A stretch of DNA of 64,000 nt from Camelus dromedarius (lineage: Eukaryota). The translations under genes were made by a program, and so were the position numbers. Positions 24,284 to 36,325 of the stretch are shown in pieces. The stretch spans positions 47,432,001 through 47,496,000 of the forward strand of contig NC_087447.1 in NCBI RefSeq assembly GCF_036321535.1, written 5' to 3'. The stretch's first letter is position 1; the number at the start of each line of letters is the position of its first letter. Under the pieces are notes generated by a model. The model did not search any database. It had not been told where the DNA came from and saw only the letters and a program-made list of their open reading frames with translations.

Positions 24284-25260
24284 CTGTGGGTGTGGGCAAG
24301 AGGTCAGAAGGGCAGCCTACAGCCAGGGGCCCACGTCCAGCAAAATCTTGGTTTTGAGGTTGTCAGGTGAGGGGCTGGTAGAGCCAGGCCACCTGCCATC
24401 GGGCAAGCTGAGGGGCAGCCTGGCCTGCTGGTGGCTGTAGGTGCTCCCCCACCAGACCCAGGCCTGAGCCCAGTTCCTCAGCTCATTGATGGCACAAGAG
24501 GCAGACAGTTTGACAGGCGGAGGCCCCAGGCCTGGTACCTGGTTGGGGACCTTGCTATTTCCCCACCCAGTCCCACATCTGGGACTCGGCATTCCTGAGA
24601 CTATCACAGCTGGGCTGGTGGTAGGGGGTGGCTAACTTGTCAGTCAATTGGGTGGGCAGGGATTCTGGAAACATCTCCTGTCCCTCACATTCCACTCTGG
24701 GCTCAGAGGAAACGGGGTGAGGGCAGATTGTGCACAGGGGTCAGGCATTCAGGGGCCTAGTTTATTCATTCTTTCATTCTGCTGATCACCCAGTCCACAG
24801 CCATTTCCTGGGTCCCCCACCTTGCCTGTCTGTCAGGTTATGCATGGGGTGCTGGTGTCAGAGCAGAGAACAAAGCGGAAACAGTCCCAGCTGCCAAAGA
24901 CTCACTCTGTGACTTTGGGCAAGTCATTTTCTTTCCCTGGGCCTCAACGTCCACATCTGTATAAACTGGGGATTCTAACCCTAACTCACTGTGGGTGTGG
25001 CACCCAGATTGCTTTAGAATCTGCGGCTTGGCTGGGGCTGTCAGAAAGGCTGTGTGTGGTCAGGCCTGGTTCAGCCTCCTGTTGCAGATTCTCCCCTGCG
25101 ACTACCACACACATCAGTACCTGGGAACCCCAAGTACACAGGCACAAGTGTACACGTGAGGGTTCCCCAAATGGACATACTCATACCCACTAGTGCATGT
25201 GAATACAGATGAAACGAAGTAAACATTTTAGGTTTTGCAGGACAGTCTCTGTGGTATACC

Positions 25261-25312
<52 letters not shown>

Positions 25313-25415
25313 TTCTTCATCTTCATCTTCTCCTCTTCCTCCTCCTTCTCCTTCTTCCTTCTCCTCCTTCTCCTCCTTCTTCTCCTCCTTCTCCTTCTTC
25401 TTCTTTCTCTTCTTT
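25261..25415. repeat. Compound microsatellite (CAT)17 followed by CTT/CTCCTT tract
   Basis: Directly visible. Confidence 0.95.
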
Positions 25416-25604
25416 TTACTATTTTAGCAACCCTAAAAATTCTTAGCTCACTAGTCAGTTTGCTGACTTTGCCAAAAATTGACTTTTCCAAGACCCCACC
25501 CACTAGATGATCCCGAAGGTCTCGTGCTGGGGTCAGTGAGATGGAGTTGGGAGACCCAGGCAGCAACTAAGTGGGACAGACCCCAAATACAGGTGACTCC
25601 CCAC

Positions 25605-25690
25605 CTCAATGAGTGGTTCCGTCCACACCTTCCGGTCCATTTTCAGACTCCGCACCTTGGAGATGCCAGCGCCCAGGCCGCGGTGCTCTC
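25605..25690 (-). CDS. ARAP1: ARAP1 coding exon 11 (ArfGAP, arginine finger)
   Basis: GEHRGLGAGISKVRSLKMDRKVWTEPLIE. Confidence 0.95.
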
Positions 25691-25949
25691 CTGTAGACAG
25701 ACGGCCAGACACGGGTCATCTGGGCCCTCTCCCTTCTATGAGCACTCCCCTCCTCCCCCTCCCCACCAGAGCCCAAGGAGGCAGACAGGAAGAGGCCACG
25801 GGCAGGACCCAGGGGCTAGGCCTGCAGCTCCACCTGCCACAGGGCTCTTGAATCCAGCTATACACCCCTGCCCCGGGCGGTACCCTGTAACTGACACATG
25901 GGCTCCGGCAGCAGCCGCCTAGCTGGCTCCCTACAGCCATGCTTTGTCC

Positions 25950-26440
25950 TCTCAGGCCACTCTCCACACAGTCCAGCCAGCGTGACCTCTTTAAAATGCA
26001 AACCTCTTACTTCAAATCCCTGCTTTAGACCCTCCAATGGCTCCCCAGAATTAGATCCAAATTCCTTACGTGCTTCTCCTCCAGTCTTATCTCATGCCTC
26101 TCTGCCTCCCCTTCCCCCATCCTGCTCAGCCACAGTCTCTTCCCTCTTCTAATCACCCAGGCTCATTCCTGCCTCAGGGTCTTTGCACTCTACCTGGACT
26201 CTCTTCCCCCATCTCCCTAGGGTTGGATCCCTCCTGACATTCAGATCTCAGCTGAAAGATCATCTCCTCAGAAAGGGCTTCCTGACAAACACATTCTCCA
26301 CCTAGTACATGTTATTACTGGATACTTCCACCGGTTGCTGTATTTTCTGCCTCTCCCCACTAGAATGTAAGCTGCCCGAGAGCCTTGGTGCCTAGAACAA
26401 AGCCCGGCATATAGTGTGCACTTAATAAACCTCTGTGAAA
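25950..26440 (+). mobile_element. L2 3' fragment
   Basis: tctccacacagtccagccagcgtgacc...cactagaatgtaagct...gcctagaacaaagcccggcatatag...aataaa. Confidence 0.55.
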
Positions 26441-27412
26441 TGAAAGGGGAGGGGGGAGCTGGGGCTGGAGGGATGCAGCCTTGCTCAGCTACAGATCCCA
26501 CAAAGGATCCCTGAAGCAGGGAGGGGGCTGGGGGCACCAGGAGCGTCTGGCACTGCCTGACTCTGGCTTTGGCCTCACCTCCCTCTGCAACTTTCCATGG
26601 AGCCTCTCGTCCACTCCAGCTGCCCTTACCCCTCCATGAGCTGATACCTTCCTAATCTGGTCTCTGGAGCCAGACATCTGACCTAGCTGTCCCATAGCAA
26701 CTTCTCAGAACTGTTCCACCCCCTGGACCCCTACCTCCCAGCCCAAAGCTGTTCCCAAGAGGGCCAAATCCCCAGCACTCAACACAACATGGACCCTCAG
26801 TGAAGGCTGGTTGAACAGATGAACGCATCTTGGGTACCACTCTCTTTCTTCTTCATCCTCCTCATCTGATCTGGGACTTTTCCACCATGGTTTCTACATA
26901 TCTCTCAAATGCTCGCTTTCCCAGACCAGGCTCCCCAACCTCTCTCTCCTGGATCCAGCAGCAGTCTCCTCACTAGTCTCCAGCCTCGCGCGCTCCCACT
27001 CAGGTCCCACCCACCAGCCAGAGTCTGATGCACAAATCTGACCATGTCCCTCCCACCCCTGCCTCCCATCCCCCTTCTGTTTGCAAAGCCCTGCCCGACC
27101 TGGCCTCCCTCCACTCTTCTGATGTGACAGGAGTGCTGGAACCCAAGAGGCCTGGGCTCATCCACTCATTTACTTGCCAGGTGACCCTGAAGGAGCCGTG
27201 TTCCCTCCTTGTACCTCAGTGTCTGTACTCATGATATGAAAAGTTGAATCCGTGCCTTGCAGGTTAATCACAGTGGGAAAGGCTTGGCACACAGGTGCAA
27301 CTTCATGAACGACGCCCTGATTCTGCCTTCGCTCCAGCACCTCTGGCCAGACCACCTGCCTTCCTGACACCACAGCCCTGTCTGCCTTGGCCTGGCGCCC
27401 ACCCCCACACAC

Positions 27413-27612
27413 CTGCGCAGCGTTTGCAGATGACGACACAGAGGTTGATGGAGGCCCAGTCAGGCTGGGCAGCCCCACAGTCGGCACAGAACCTGTTGGG
27501 GGCCATGGCCCAGATGCGCTCGGCCACCTCTGAGGTAGACAATGCCTCAGCAATGGCTCCTTGCATGGCCTCCAGCCACTGTTCCTTCTCCAGCTCTGAC
27601 TCGGCCGAGAAG
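27413..27612 (-). CDS. ARAP1: ARAP1 coding exon 10 (PH2 end, ArfGAP zinc finger)
   Basis: FSAESELEKEQW...NRFCADCGAAQPDWASINLCVVICKRCA (CxxC-x16-CxxC). Confidence 0.96.
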
Positions 27613-29080
27613 CTGAGGACACAGGAGTGGGCACAGCATGAAGTGGGGGGACAAGGTATCGAGAGCTCACAATCAAAAGGGGGAGGCACCCAGGGTCTGT
27701 GGGACAGTGGACATGGACAAAGGCAAGGACACCACAAACCTGAGAGATGTGAATGAGAGCTGGGGGTGCCTGGGGGTGTTCTGCTCTGCCCCACAACCCC
27801 AGAGTAGGAAAGGCTGCTGGGAAGAAATGATGCCTAAGTTAATAAGCCTTGATAGCTGAGAAGGGCTTAGCCAGGTGAAGAGGAGAAAGGGTGATCTAGA
27901 TGAAGGGAGCAGCATTCCAGGACCTGTAGGCAGGAGGGGTGTACTGGCAGAAAGGAAGTTGGGAGACAGAAGGGGACAAGCTTGTGCCAGAGGTGTTCAA
28001 AGTGCACCCAGAGGACAAAGGAGAAGCAGGAGAGGGTTTCGGGGGATGGGGGTGGAGGGGTACAGAGATGTCTTCCCCTCTGGCTCCTTCCCTGCTGCCA
28101 TCAAGTCATACGTGTGCATTCAAGATTTGACTCCACCCAGAACCCACTGCCATGGCCCAGAAGGCACCATTACTGGAGATGGACATTAATAGTGCTTTAT
28201 GAGAAGTGCTGAAGACCACCCTCATCCACGAAGGCCTGGCATACTGAATCTGCCAAGGCCTTAGCCAAGTGCTAAGCCCGTCTTTGTGTGCTCACATCTA
28301 CCAGTGCGAGCCCACGTATGTCAGGCCGGTGGAAGCCCCTGGTGCCAAACACCAAATCAACCTAAGTAAAGCTGATGACAATAAGGAATTAGGGGGAATG
28401 GGCAGGTCTCTGTAGAACTGAGAGAAGGAAAATTTCAGAAAGTGGTTGGTTACAGTTGTGTGGTAGTTAAGGAGGATGGCAAAGAATCTCAGGTCATGTG
28501 TGTCAAAGATGACTTCAAATGCAAGAAATGAACAAATAAAAACTTGGCTTTCAACAAAAAGGAAAGGAAAAAAAAACCCTCTGATGGTCACAGATAGTCA
28601 GGCAAAGGGTGAGGAGGGAGGCACCAGGCCAAAGGGCCCACAGGCCTAAGGCAAAATGGTGAGGTGTGGAGAGGAGGGACCAGAAGTTGAGACAGTGACA
28701 GAGGCAAGACAGGGGTGGTGATGGGTTTGCATAGGAGTGAGTAGGAGAGGCGGGCTCCCCATGGGTGGAGATGAGGGCCTGGGAGGAACAGTAAGCTGAG
28801 GAGGAATATAAGGTGCGGGGCAGATGTTCACAGAATGGTTAGACATGCAGGCCTAGAGTCGAGGAGAAAGACCCTGCTGGAGGCAGAGATCTGAGCTTAG
28901 GGCAAAAGAGATGATGCTGGTGGGGTGACGATGCAGAGCTGACTGAGCCGTCACTGCACACTGTGTCGGATAACAGCTTCACAGAGCTTGCAGTGCTCCA
29001 ATTCCCACAGGAGGGAACTGAGGCCAGAGAGGCCAAGTGATTTTCCCAGGTTATACACTGACCAAGTGATGGACCCTAGA

Positions 29081-29485
29081 TGTTATGAACTGAATTGTGT
29101 CCCCCTAAAATTCAAAGGCTGAAGCCTCAAACCCCAACGTGACTGCATCTAGAAATAGGGCCGTTAGGGAAGTAATTAGGTTAAACACTGCCATAGGGGT
29201 GGGGCTCTAACCTGACAAGACTGGTTTCTTTATAAAGAGAGGAAGGAACACCAGACAGCTCTCTCTCTCTCTTTCCACATGCACACAGAGGAAAGGCCAT
29301 GTGAGGACACAGTGAGGAGGTGGCTGCCTACAAGCCAGGAAGACAGACCTCACCAGAAACTAACCCCGACAGCACCTTGATCTTGGACTTCCAGTCTCCA
29401 GGACTGTGAGAAAATAAAGTTCTGCTGTTTAAGACGCCCCCGCCCCCGGTCTGTGATTTTCTGTCACGGCAGCCAAACTAATGCA
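29081..29485 (+). mobile_element. MLT1-type (ERVL-MaLR) solo LTR inserted in a MIR
   Basis: TG...CA ends (tgttatgaactgaattgtgtcccc...ctaatgca), MLT1 motif ggacttccagtctccaggactgtgagaaaataaa; MIR sequence on both sides. Confidence 0.8.
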
Positions 29486-30005
29486 GGATTTGAACCCAGG
29501 CACGGTACAGTGCCTCAGAGGTGGGAGCTGAAGGCCTGGGAGCGGGCAAGCCTGTCCAGGGAGAAGACAGAGAGACCACTGAGGGATGACTGAGCTCAGA
29601 GGAAACCAAGACGGTAAAGCTTAGAGGCTGAGGGAGGAGCACCTAGGATGCACATGAGACAAGGAATGAAAAGCAGCCTTTGATCTCAAGCAACCATTAA
29701 GGACAGACAAGCACTTTCGAGGGAGCAGGGCAGGCTGGAGGGGCAGCAGGGTGAGTCCTTACTGGAACAGTGTGGCAGGGAAAAGGGGACACTGATAGAC
29801 AGAGGGAGGGGGGTAAAAGTGAGATTTCTTAGAAGGAAGAGATCAAAACAGGTTAGCAAGTGAAGGTAGAGGCCCAGCAGGGTAGGCAGGGCTGAAAAGG
29901 GAGGGGAGAAATCCATCCCAGAAGGAGGGGCAGCTTTCTCTATATGCAAGAAGAAAATACTGGGAGGAAGTGAGGATGCAGGTGAGCAAGGGGAGGTAGG
30001 CTCAC

Positions 30006-30115
30006 CTGAAGATGCGGTAGGGGGTAGTGAGGTCGAAGCTGCGCCGATCCGCTGTTTCCTTCACGTTGCCCACACTCATGTCAATGAAGGTGATGCCGAT
30101 GCCCAGGTGGTACTC
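30006..30115 (-). CDS. ARAP1: ARAP1 coding exon 9 (PH2)
   Basis: EYHLGIGITFIDMSVGNVKETADRRSFDLTTPYRIF; gccag| and ag|gtgagc. Confidence 0.95.
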
Positions 30116-30429
30116 CTGGCAGGTAGGCAGGAAAGGGTGAGGGCAAGGCCTGGCAGATGGGGCTCAAGGCCCAGGGAGGGGGCAGAGAGGAGGGAGAGGT
30201 ACTTTAGGGACTAGAAAGTGACCAGGAAAGAGATAAGGGAGGGCTCAGGAATCTGGGCATGGGTAAATGGACCTCGATTAGAGGCCATGTAGCAATAAAT
30301 AGGGGGTCAGGAGCCAGGGTGGTGGTGAGAGGGTAATGCTCAGAGACCAGGCAAGAGATGGGGGCAGAACTAGGGGCAGAAAGGCACGTAGGCAAAGGGC
30401 TGAGTCAGGGGAAGGGTATAAGGGAAAGA

Positions 30430-30675
30430 GCAGGGCTGAGGGACTAGGCGAATGGGGGCATGGGGCTGAGGGAACCAGGTGGGCGGAGCTGAGGGATCGG
30501 ATGGGTTTGGACTGAGGGACCCAGTGGGCATGAGGTGGGGCTGAAAGAACCATGTGGGCAAGGGGTGGGGCTGAGGGAACCAGATAGGTGGAGGTGGGCC
30601 TGAAGAATGAGGAGGGCAGAGGGCAGGTCTGAAGGAACCAGGTGTGTGGGGGGGCCTGAGGGACCAGGTGGGCAA
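30430..30675. repeat. Degenerate G-rich minisatellite, ~9 units of GGGCTGAGGGAACCAGGTGGG
   Basis: Units near 30432, 30462, 30486, 30509, 30537, 30567, 30596, 30626, 30652. Confidence 0.7.
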
Positions 30676-30717
30676 GGGACAGAGGAGAGGTTTAGCAGTC
30701 TGGCCAATCAGTCGCAC

Positions 30718-30920
30718 CTCCAGATTCTTGTAAAGCTGCACTTTGTCCCCGACCACAGCCACATACAGTTTATTTTTGAAGCCACGCAGCTCCAAGCTGC
30801 CAGCATGGTCAGGGGGCTCTGAGCCTTGAATACCCAACGGACAAGCCCCAGACAACCGGGACCGAGCACGCTGCTCCGCCACTGCCTGCTGGAGGGCCTG
30901 CATCCACTCCTTCCGCTCCG
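30718..30920 (-). CDS. ARAP1: ARAP1 coding exon 8 (PH1/PH2)
   Basis: AERKEWMQALQQA...GFKNKLYVAVVGDKVQLYKNLE. Confidence 0.95.
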
Positions 30921-31342
30921 CTGTGGGCAAAGGGGGAGTGGTAAGCCTGAGCTCAGCCTGGCAGGGAGCCCCTTAAGTGTTCCCCATTCCAGGCTCAGGC
31001 AGCACTTCTGCCAGAAAGCCCACCCAGCCTGGCCGGCCTAGCTCTGACTATCTGAGTTCTCTGACTTGGACAAGCTCAGGCTCCAATCCCAGCTGTGACA
31101 CTTAGGCTGGGCAAGGCACTTTGCCTGTCTAAGCCTGTCTCCCCCTGCACATGGGATGTGCACCTCTAAGGACTCAATGGTGTCTTGAGAGCCAGTCAGA
31201 GGGGGCCCCACCCTTTCCTCACCTCAGAGGGCCAACTGCTCTCGGGGTTTGATGTGGTGGGAGCAGATGTACCCTGTACCCTGGTTCGCCTCCCCTATTC
31301 CCCAGGCCAAACTGACAGTCTTCTCCCTGCCCCATTCCCCAC

Positions 31343-31463
31343 CATCACTCTCTGCCCGGAAGGCAAAGGTCCTGTTGTTTGTGATCACTTCGAACTTCTG
31401 GTCTCCAATGGCAGCCACGCGGGAAATGCAGGTCACAGGGACAAAGCGCTTCGAGTAGGCATC
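31343..31463 (-). CDS. ARAP1: ARAP1 coding exon 7 (PH1)
   Basis: DAYSKRFVPVTCISRVAAIGDQKFEVITNNRTFAFRAESD. Confidence 0.95.
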
Positions 31464-31776
31464 CTGGGGAAGAGAGGAGCTGTACTGTGGGAGTGGGGGT
31501 GGGGCCTGCAGAGGCCCAGCCCCTCTCTGACTCCCTCAGTCTCCACTGAAATGAAGGTTGCAGCCCCACCTCCCACAGGTGGTCAGTAATAGCCCCCACA
31601 CTGACCTTGGCCAAGGCCACGGCCAGCTGCTGGGCCAGAAGGACATGATTCAAGGAATCAGATTGGAACTCTTGTGAGGACTCATCTGGGGAGGGACTCT
31701 GCCTGGGTTCAGTGTCAAGGTTCAGCCCAGGCCCAGGCTGGAGAAGGGTCATGTCAGGGACTAACACAGGCCTCAC

Positions 31777-31846
31777 CTTGTTACTATCAAAGTATCGCAA
31801 GTGATCGGCATCCAGTCTCACCCATCGCTTCTGATAGATATAAGAT
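31777..31846 (-). CDS. ARAP1: ARAP1 coding exon 6 (PH1)
   Basis: SYIYQKRWVRLDADHLRYFDSNK; ctccag| and aag|gtgagg. Confidence 0.95.
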
Positions 31847-32198
31847 CTGGAGAGGGAGAGGCAGGGGAACAACATAGCAAAGGACTGGGAATTAGTGAGC
31901 GGCTCTGGGGTCACCCTAGCTCCCTTGGCAGCCACATACAAAGCTAGAAACAGCCAGGTCCAAGAGAGGAAGGATTCCAAATGGTCACTGAGAAGATGGA
32001 CTTTATCTACAGCAAGAGTGACTGAAATCAAACTCAAAGTAGGACTTCCCAGTTTTAAGGGTAATGAAATATACCCTGGGGGGGGGGTGAGACCTGCTCA
32101 AATAACCTTGTCTCCTCTCGTTTTTGGATCCCTGATACCTGTATACTAGAGCCCACCCCAATGCAGGGCACCAGCAGGACCCCACAGGCCTCACTCAC

Positions 32199-32354
32199 CC
32201 TTGTGGTGGGTTCTTGTCCAGCCAGCCAGCCTTGATGACTGGTGGGATGGGGGTGTGGCCAACGGGCAGCTTGTCCATGGGGTACGGTGGGAGCTCAGGG
32301 ATCAGCAGGCTGCTGGTCAAGGATGAGCTCAGGCTGCTGGTGTGCCAATCACCA
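32199..32354 (-). CDS. ARAP1: ARAP1 coding exon 5 (start of PH1)
   Basis: GDWHTSS...PVIKAGWLDKNPPQG; caccag| and gg|gtgagt. Confidence 0.94.
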
Positions 32355-32494
32355 CTGGTGGGGAGGAGAGGGAATAAGGGGGCCAGAGTGCGGGCTCCCA
32401 AAGGGTAGGGACTAAAGGGAGGGGAAAGCTGGGCTGGGCTTGGGGAAGGAAGGTGGCTGGGTGGGAGAATCACCCGAGAGAAGTGGACACTCAC

Positions 32495-32625
32495 TTGGGG
32501 ACGCCCTCGTAGGCATGGTCATCCTCATCTTCGTCCCCTTGGTCGTCTCCAGACAGTTCCTCCCCCTCGCTCAGCAGACTGGCCACACGCACGGCCCGTG
32601 GGACTTGGCTCACTGGGGGCTCCTC
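32495..32625 (-). CDS. ARAP1: ARAP1 coding exon 4
   Basis: EEPPVSQVPRAVRVASLLSEGEELSGDD...YEGVP; purine-rich acceptor ggtcag|, donor aa|gtgagt. Confidence 0.92.
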
Positions 32626-33219
32626 CTGACCCCCAGACCCATTCAGCGTCATGCTTCCCTTCAAGCCCCAGATCACACCCACCTCAGGGCTGCCACACCC
32701 CACTCTGTCCACTCCATCCCAGACCCATACAACTCAGTACGTTTTCTTCTGTTCCCTTATACTCCTCTCCCTCTGCTGGAAGACTGCACAGGGACCCAGG
32801 GAGACGAGGTCACATGGATGGAAAAAATCAGTGCAGGCATGGGCCCAAGTCAGAGACAAAGACAGAAGGATAAAGAGATTAAAAACGCATAGATGGAGAG
32901 TTAAGACACTCAGAGAGAAGTCGACACAGGGACACAGAAAGTGAAACACAGTCAGAGGGACAGAGACTCCAAGACAGATGTGCTCCAAACACCAAGGGAG
33001 AGAAAGGACCACATACAGCCACCCAGATGCAGCTGAAAACTGGAGCTGGAGCCACAAACCAGAGCCCCCAGACCCCGACACCTCAAGACAGCAAAGGGGG
33101 AAGGGAATGCTCCCAGGACCCGGCTGCCCACTCTCTAGCTGGGTCTGGAAGGTAGCTGGGCAGCCCGCCCCACAGGCTGACAGGCAGACAGCCCAAACCC
33201 TAACCACCACCTGCCCCAC

Positions 33220-33287
33220 CTTCTTGGTCATCACAGCAGCTGGGGCTCCCGGCCCCTCTTCTGGGGCCTCATCGTAGTCAGAGTCAT
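33220..33287 (-). CDS. ARAP1: ARAP1 coding exon 3
   Basis: DDSDYDEAPEEGPGAPAAVMTKK; ccccag| and aag|gtgggg. Confidence 0.93.
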
Positions 33288-33437
33288 CTGGGGAGAGAGA
33301 GGGGTGGGGGAGACTCAGAAGCAAGGAAACCTGGCCTCCACCAGTCTAAGAGACCCCCAACCCCCACCTTGGCCTGGCTTTTGAAAAAAGGCAAGAGGGA
33401 CAGGAAGTACTATTTATGGTCTCAGGGCCTCACAGGA

Positions 33438-33455
33438 CAGCACTAGGGGGCAGCC
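33438..33455 (+). promoter_or_regulatory. CTCF-like motif
   Basis: CAGCACTAGGGGGCAGCC. Confidence 0.45.
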
Positions 33456-33873
33456 AAAGGAGAGGCTAAGCCACCACAGTGATGCCCAAATAGGCAGCAA
33501 GCTTAGGGGTTAGGGGCAGGGGCTGTCTTAAAAAGGCTAAAATAAGGCAACAAGAATTGAAGCTCAGGAAAAGTAGACAATGCAAGGAAAAGCACCCCAC
33601 CCACGACCATGGAAAAGAGTCCCAGATGTTAAACCACGGGCAACTCAAGAAGTCTGCCATCTGCCCACACCTAACAGTCAGCAGGTCAGATAGGTGGGTG
33701 CTGTCTCCATCCTGGAGGATGAAGAGAAGGATGCTCACCTGTCTGGGGCCACACAGTGGGTCGGCGGCAGGACCCAACAGAAAGGGGAGTGTGATCCTTG
33801 CTCCTTGCAGACTCTCCAGGGCCCTGATTCCAGGCCACACACCCAGTGCCCCATGCTTCACTACAGCACTCAC

Positions 33874-34034
33874 CGAACTCAGGGAGCAGGCGAAGAGGCT
33901 TCAGGGGAATCTCTGGTGGGCTGGGAGGTGGAGATGGGGGCTGGGGAGGAAAGGTGGCCGGGGGCTCCTCAGAGTCCAGTTGGGGAGGGGATGACAGTGG
34001 TGGGGACAGTAACTCCTCCTCCTTGGTGGGAAGG
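33874..34034 (-). CDS. ARAP1: ARAP1 coding exon 2 (Pro-rich)
   Basis: (S)LPTKEEELLSPP...LLPEF; ttccag| and g|gtgagt. Confidence 0.93.
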
Positions 34035-36219
34035 CTGGAAACAGACCAAAAGTTGGGCATCAAGCCCAGTATGGCTGAGTCACTGGGCTATCGACACTGC
34101 AGTAGAGCCAGGACTCAAACCCCCTGAGCAGCCAGCTCACCTGAGCTGCAGCAAAACTCGTTTGTTCCACACACTCAGACAGGAGCCTCCTCCACACTTC
34201 CCCTTCCCTCCTCACCTCACTCCTCTGCCCCAAACCCTTCAAGCTCCCCAAAGCCTAAAGGAAGCAGGTACCTTCCTCAGCTTCATGAGCTGGCCCTGCA
34301 TTGCTGGGACAGGGTCACCTGTCCCCAAAACTCTAGCTTTTAGCCACAAGTTCCCCACTGGGACTTCACTCTAGAAGAGGGATGAAGGCCAGCATGGAGC
34401 AGGGGGTGCTGTGCAGCCTAGCCTGGGGAGTCAAGGAAGGCTGGACCTGAGCTTTTAAGGATAAGAAGGCATTTGTTGGCGAATGGATGGGGCAGAATTG
34501 AAATGGACATCAAGGCCAAGGGCACAGACCAGAGCCTCAGAAACCAAGTCCTAAGGCCCTGAGTCACAGGTCTCTGGCTCAGGACCATCTTCTCTCTTGT
34601 CCCAGATACGGATATTCACATCTCTCGAGGGCCCTCAGACCCCTCAAGCTCACCTGAATGCACCACATGTCTCATCTCTGCTATCACTCCCCCAGGAAGC
34701 CTTTTCTGACTCCAAGGCCAGGTCCGGGGCCCCGTGGGATCTCACAGCCACAGTTCTGCTGTCTGTTTCAGCACAGATCACACTGCTCCCTGCAGGCTGA
34801 ATGTTTCCCAAAGGCCTTTGGCATCAGAGATGTGGGTTTAAACCTTGCCTCAGTCTTAGTTCCTGTGTGTCCTGGGACAAGCACTTAGCCTCTCTGAGAC
34901 TCAGTTTCCTCTTCTGTAAAGTGGGGACTACAAAACTGCCATGGCAGGTGGTTGGAGGATTGACCAAGACAAGGCGTATCACTTGCCAGCACACAGGATG
35001 CACAGGGACCACCAGCTGGAGCCCTAGAAGCCTGGCCTCAACCGCTGTCTCTGCTAGCATCCATCCGGCAGGGGCTGAGGAGGCGCATCAAAAGCAAGTG
35101 GGCAACCTTCCCCACTGATTATTTCAGCATGGTCTACTGCCCCAACGTGCCTGGCAGTGACTGACAGCATGTGACTGCTGCAGAAGCAAGGAAGGGCTGG
35201 GGCATGACCATGATGCTGGGCCTTTGCGCCCGTTGATGCCTCCTCCAGGAATAGCCCACTCCCTGGTCTCTGACTGGAGAACATCTACTTATCCTTTAAC
35301 TTCAAACTCAAGTGTACCTTCTCTGAAAGTCCTTTCTGACCCCTCCTTTCTGCTCCCCCAGGTCCTGCTCATGTTTCCCTCTTGGGAATTGAGTCTTGGA
35401 TGAATTATTCCAAGTAACTTTTTTTTCCCCAAGATCTTCCTCCTTTGTGCCAGGCACTGTGCTAGCATCTAAGCCAAGACCTGAACCCTGACTCCACAGT
35501 CTGTGCTTCTTAAGACACATAGCTACTTCCATATCACCCTGTACTCTTATTTCCTCTTTGTAGGTAAAGAATGAACAAAACCCTTTCCCTTAGAAACCTG
35601 CTAAAGGTGGTATGCCAGCCACGTGCCTAGGCAAAACTGCCTGTGCTAAAATGGCCTGAGTGAGGAACTGCACCTAGACTGGGAGAAACTGTAAGGAGTC
35701 TCTCATCCTGGGGAAGCTGGAGCTTTAGGATTCCTGGAGTGTGGTGGCTTGTAACTGGGCACAACCTGTGCAGGGACCTGAAACCACACCTGTGCAGTTG
35801 TTAGGAGACATACTGGCCCCTTGGGGCAAGAGGTGTCTTAGCCAGAGGGGCTGCCACACCTGTCCACTGTGACTCTCAGTCCTGCACCCACAAGCTGCCC
35901 CATGGAGAACCACAGAGAATGGTTCCTGGACAGCTGTGTGGTCAGTGGCACTGACTGCTCCAGGGATCCCATGGCAGAGGAAGACCTGCAGCTGTCCTGA
36001 TGGACAGCTGTTCCCTCCCCATATGCTTCTCAGGGAATCTGATGCCAAGTGGGCCTCTCGTAGTAGTTTAGCTGGACATACAAAGACCCCCTGATGGGCT
36101 CTGTACCAGGCTGTCTCCCCACTTGACCCTGAGTCTCTTTAGGGCAGGGGCAGCTTTGGACTCGACTCTTTATCCCTATAGCCCAGTACAGGGCCTGGCT
36201 GAGTCAGCAACAAGAGCAT

Positions 36220-36325
36220 GTTGGATGCGTGGGTGGGCAGGCAGGTGGACAGGTAGATGGACGGACAGAACAGGTAGACAGAAGGATGGATACATAGGTG
36301 GGTGGATGGATGGGTAGGTGGACAG
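36220..36325. repeat. Degenerate (GGAT/GGAC/GGGT)n tract
   Basis: Directly visible. Confidence 0.7.

Noticed and set aside
25209..25566. Poly-Ser/Ile/Met/Arg ORFs
   Set aside because: Translations of the (CAT)n/(CTT)n microsatellite
30430..30675. CRISPR-like repeat-spacer array
   Set aside because: Mammalian intron; units are degenerate, spacers short and G-rich, and there are no cas genes
32734..32783. Extra coding exon from upstream acceptors (tgtgcag| at 32783, ttccag| at 32775)
   Set aside because: Joined to coding exon 3 these hit stop codons within 14 codons; no good in-phase donor
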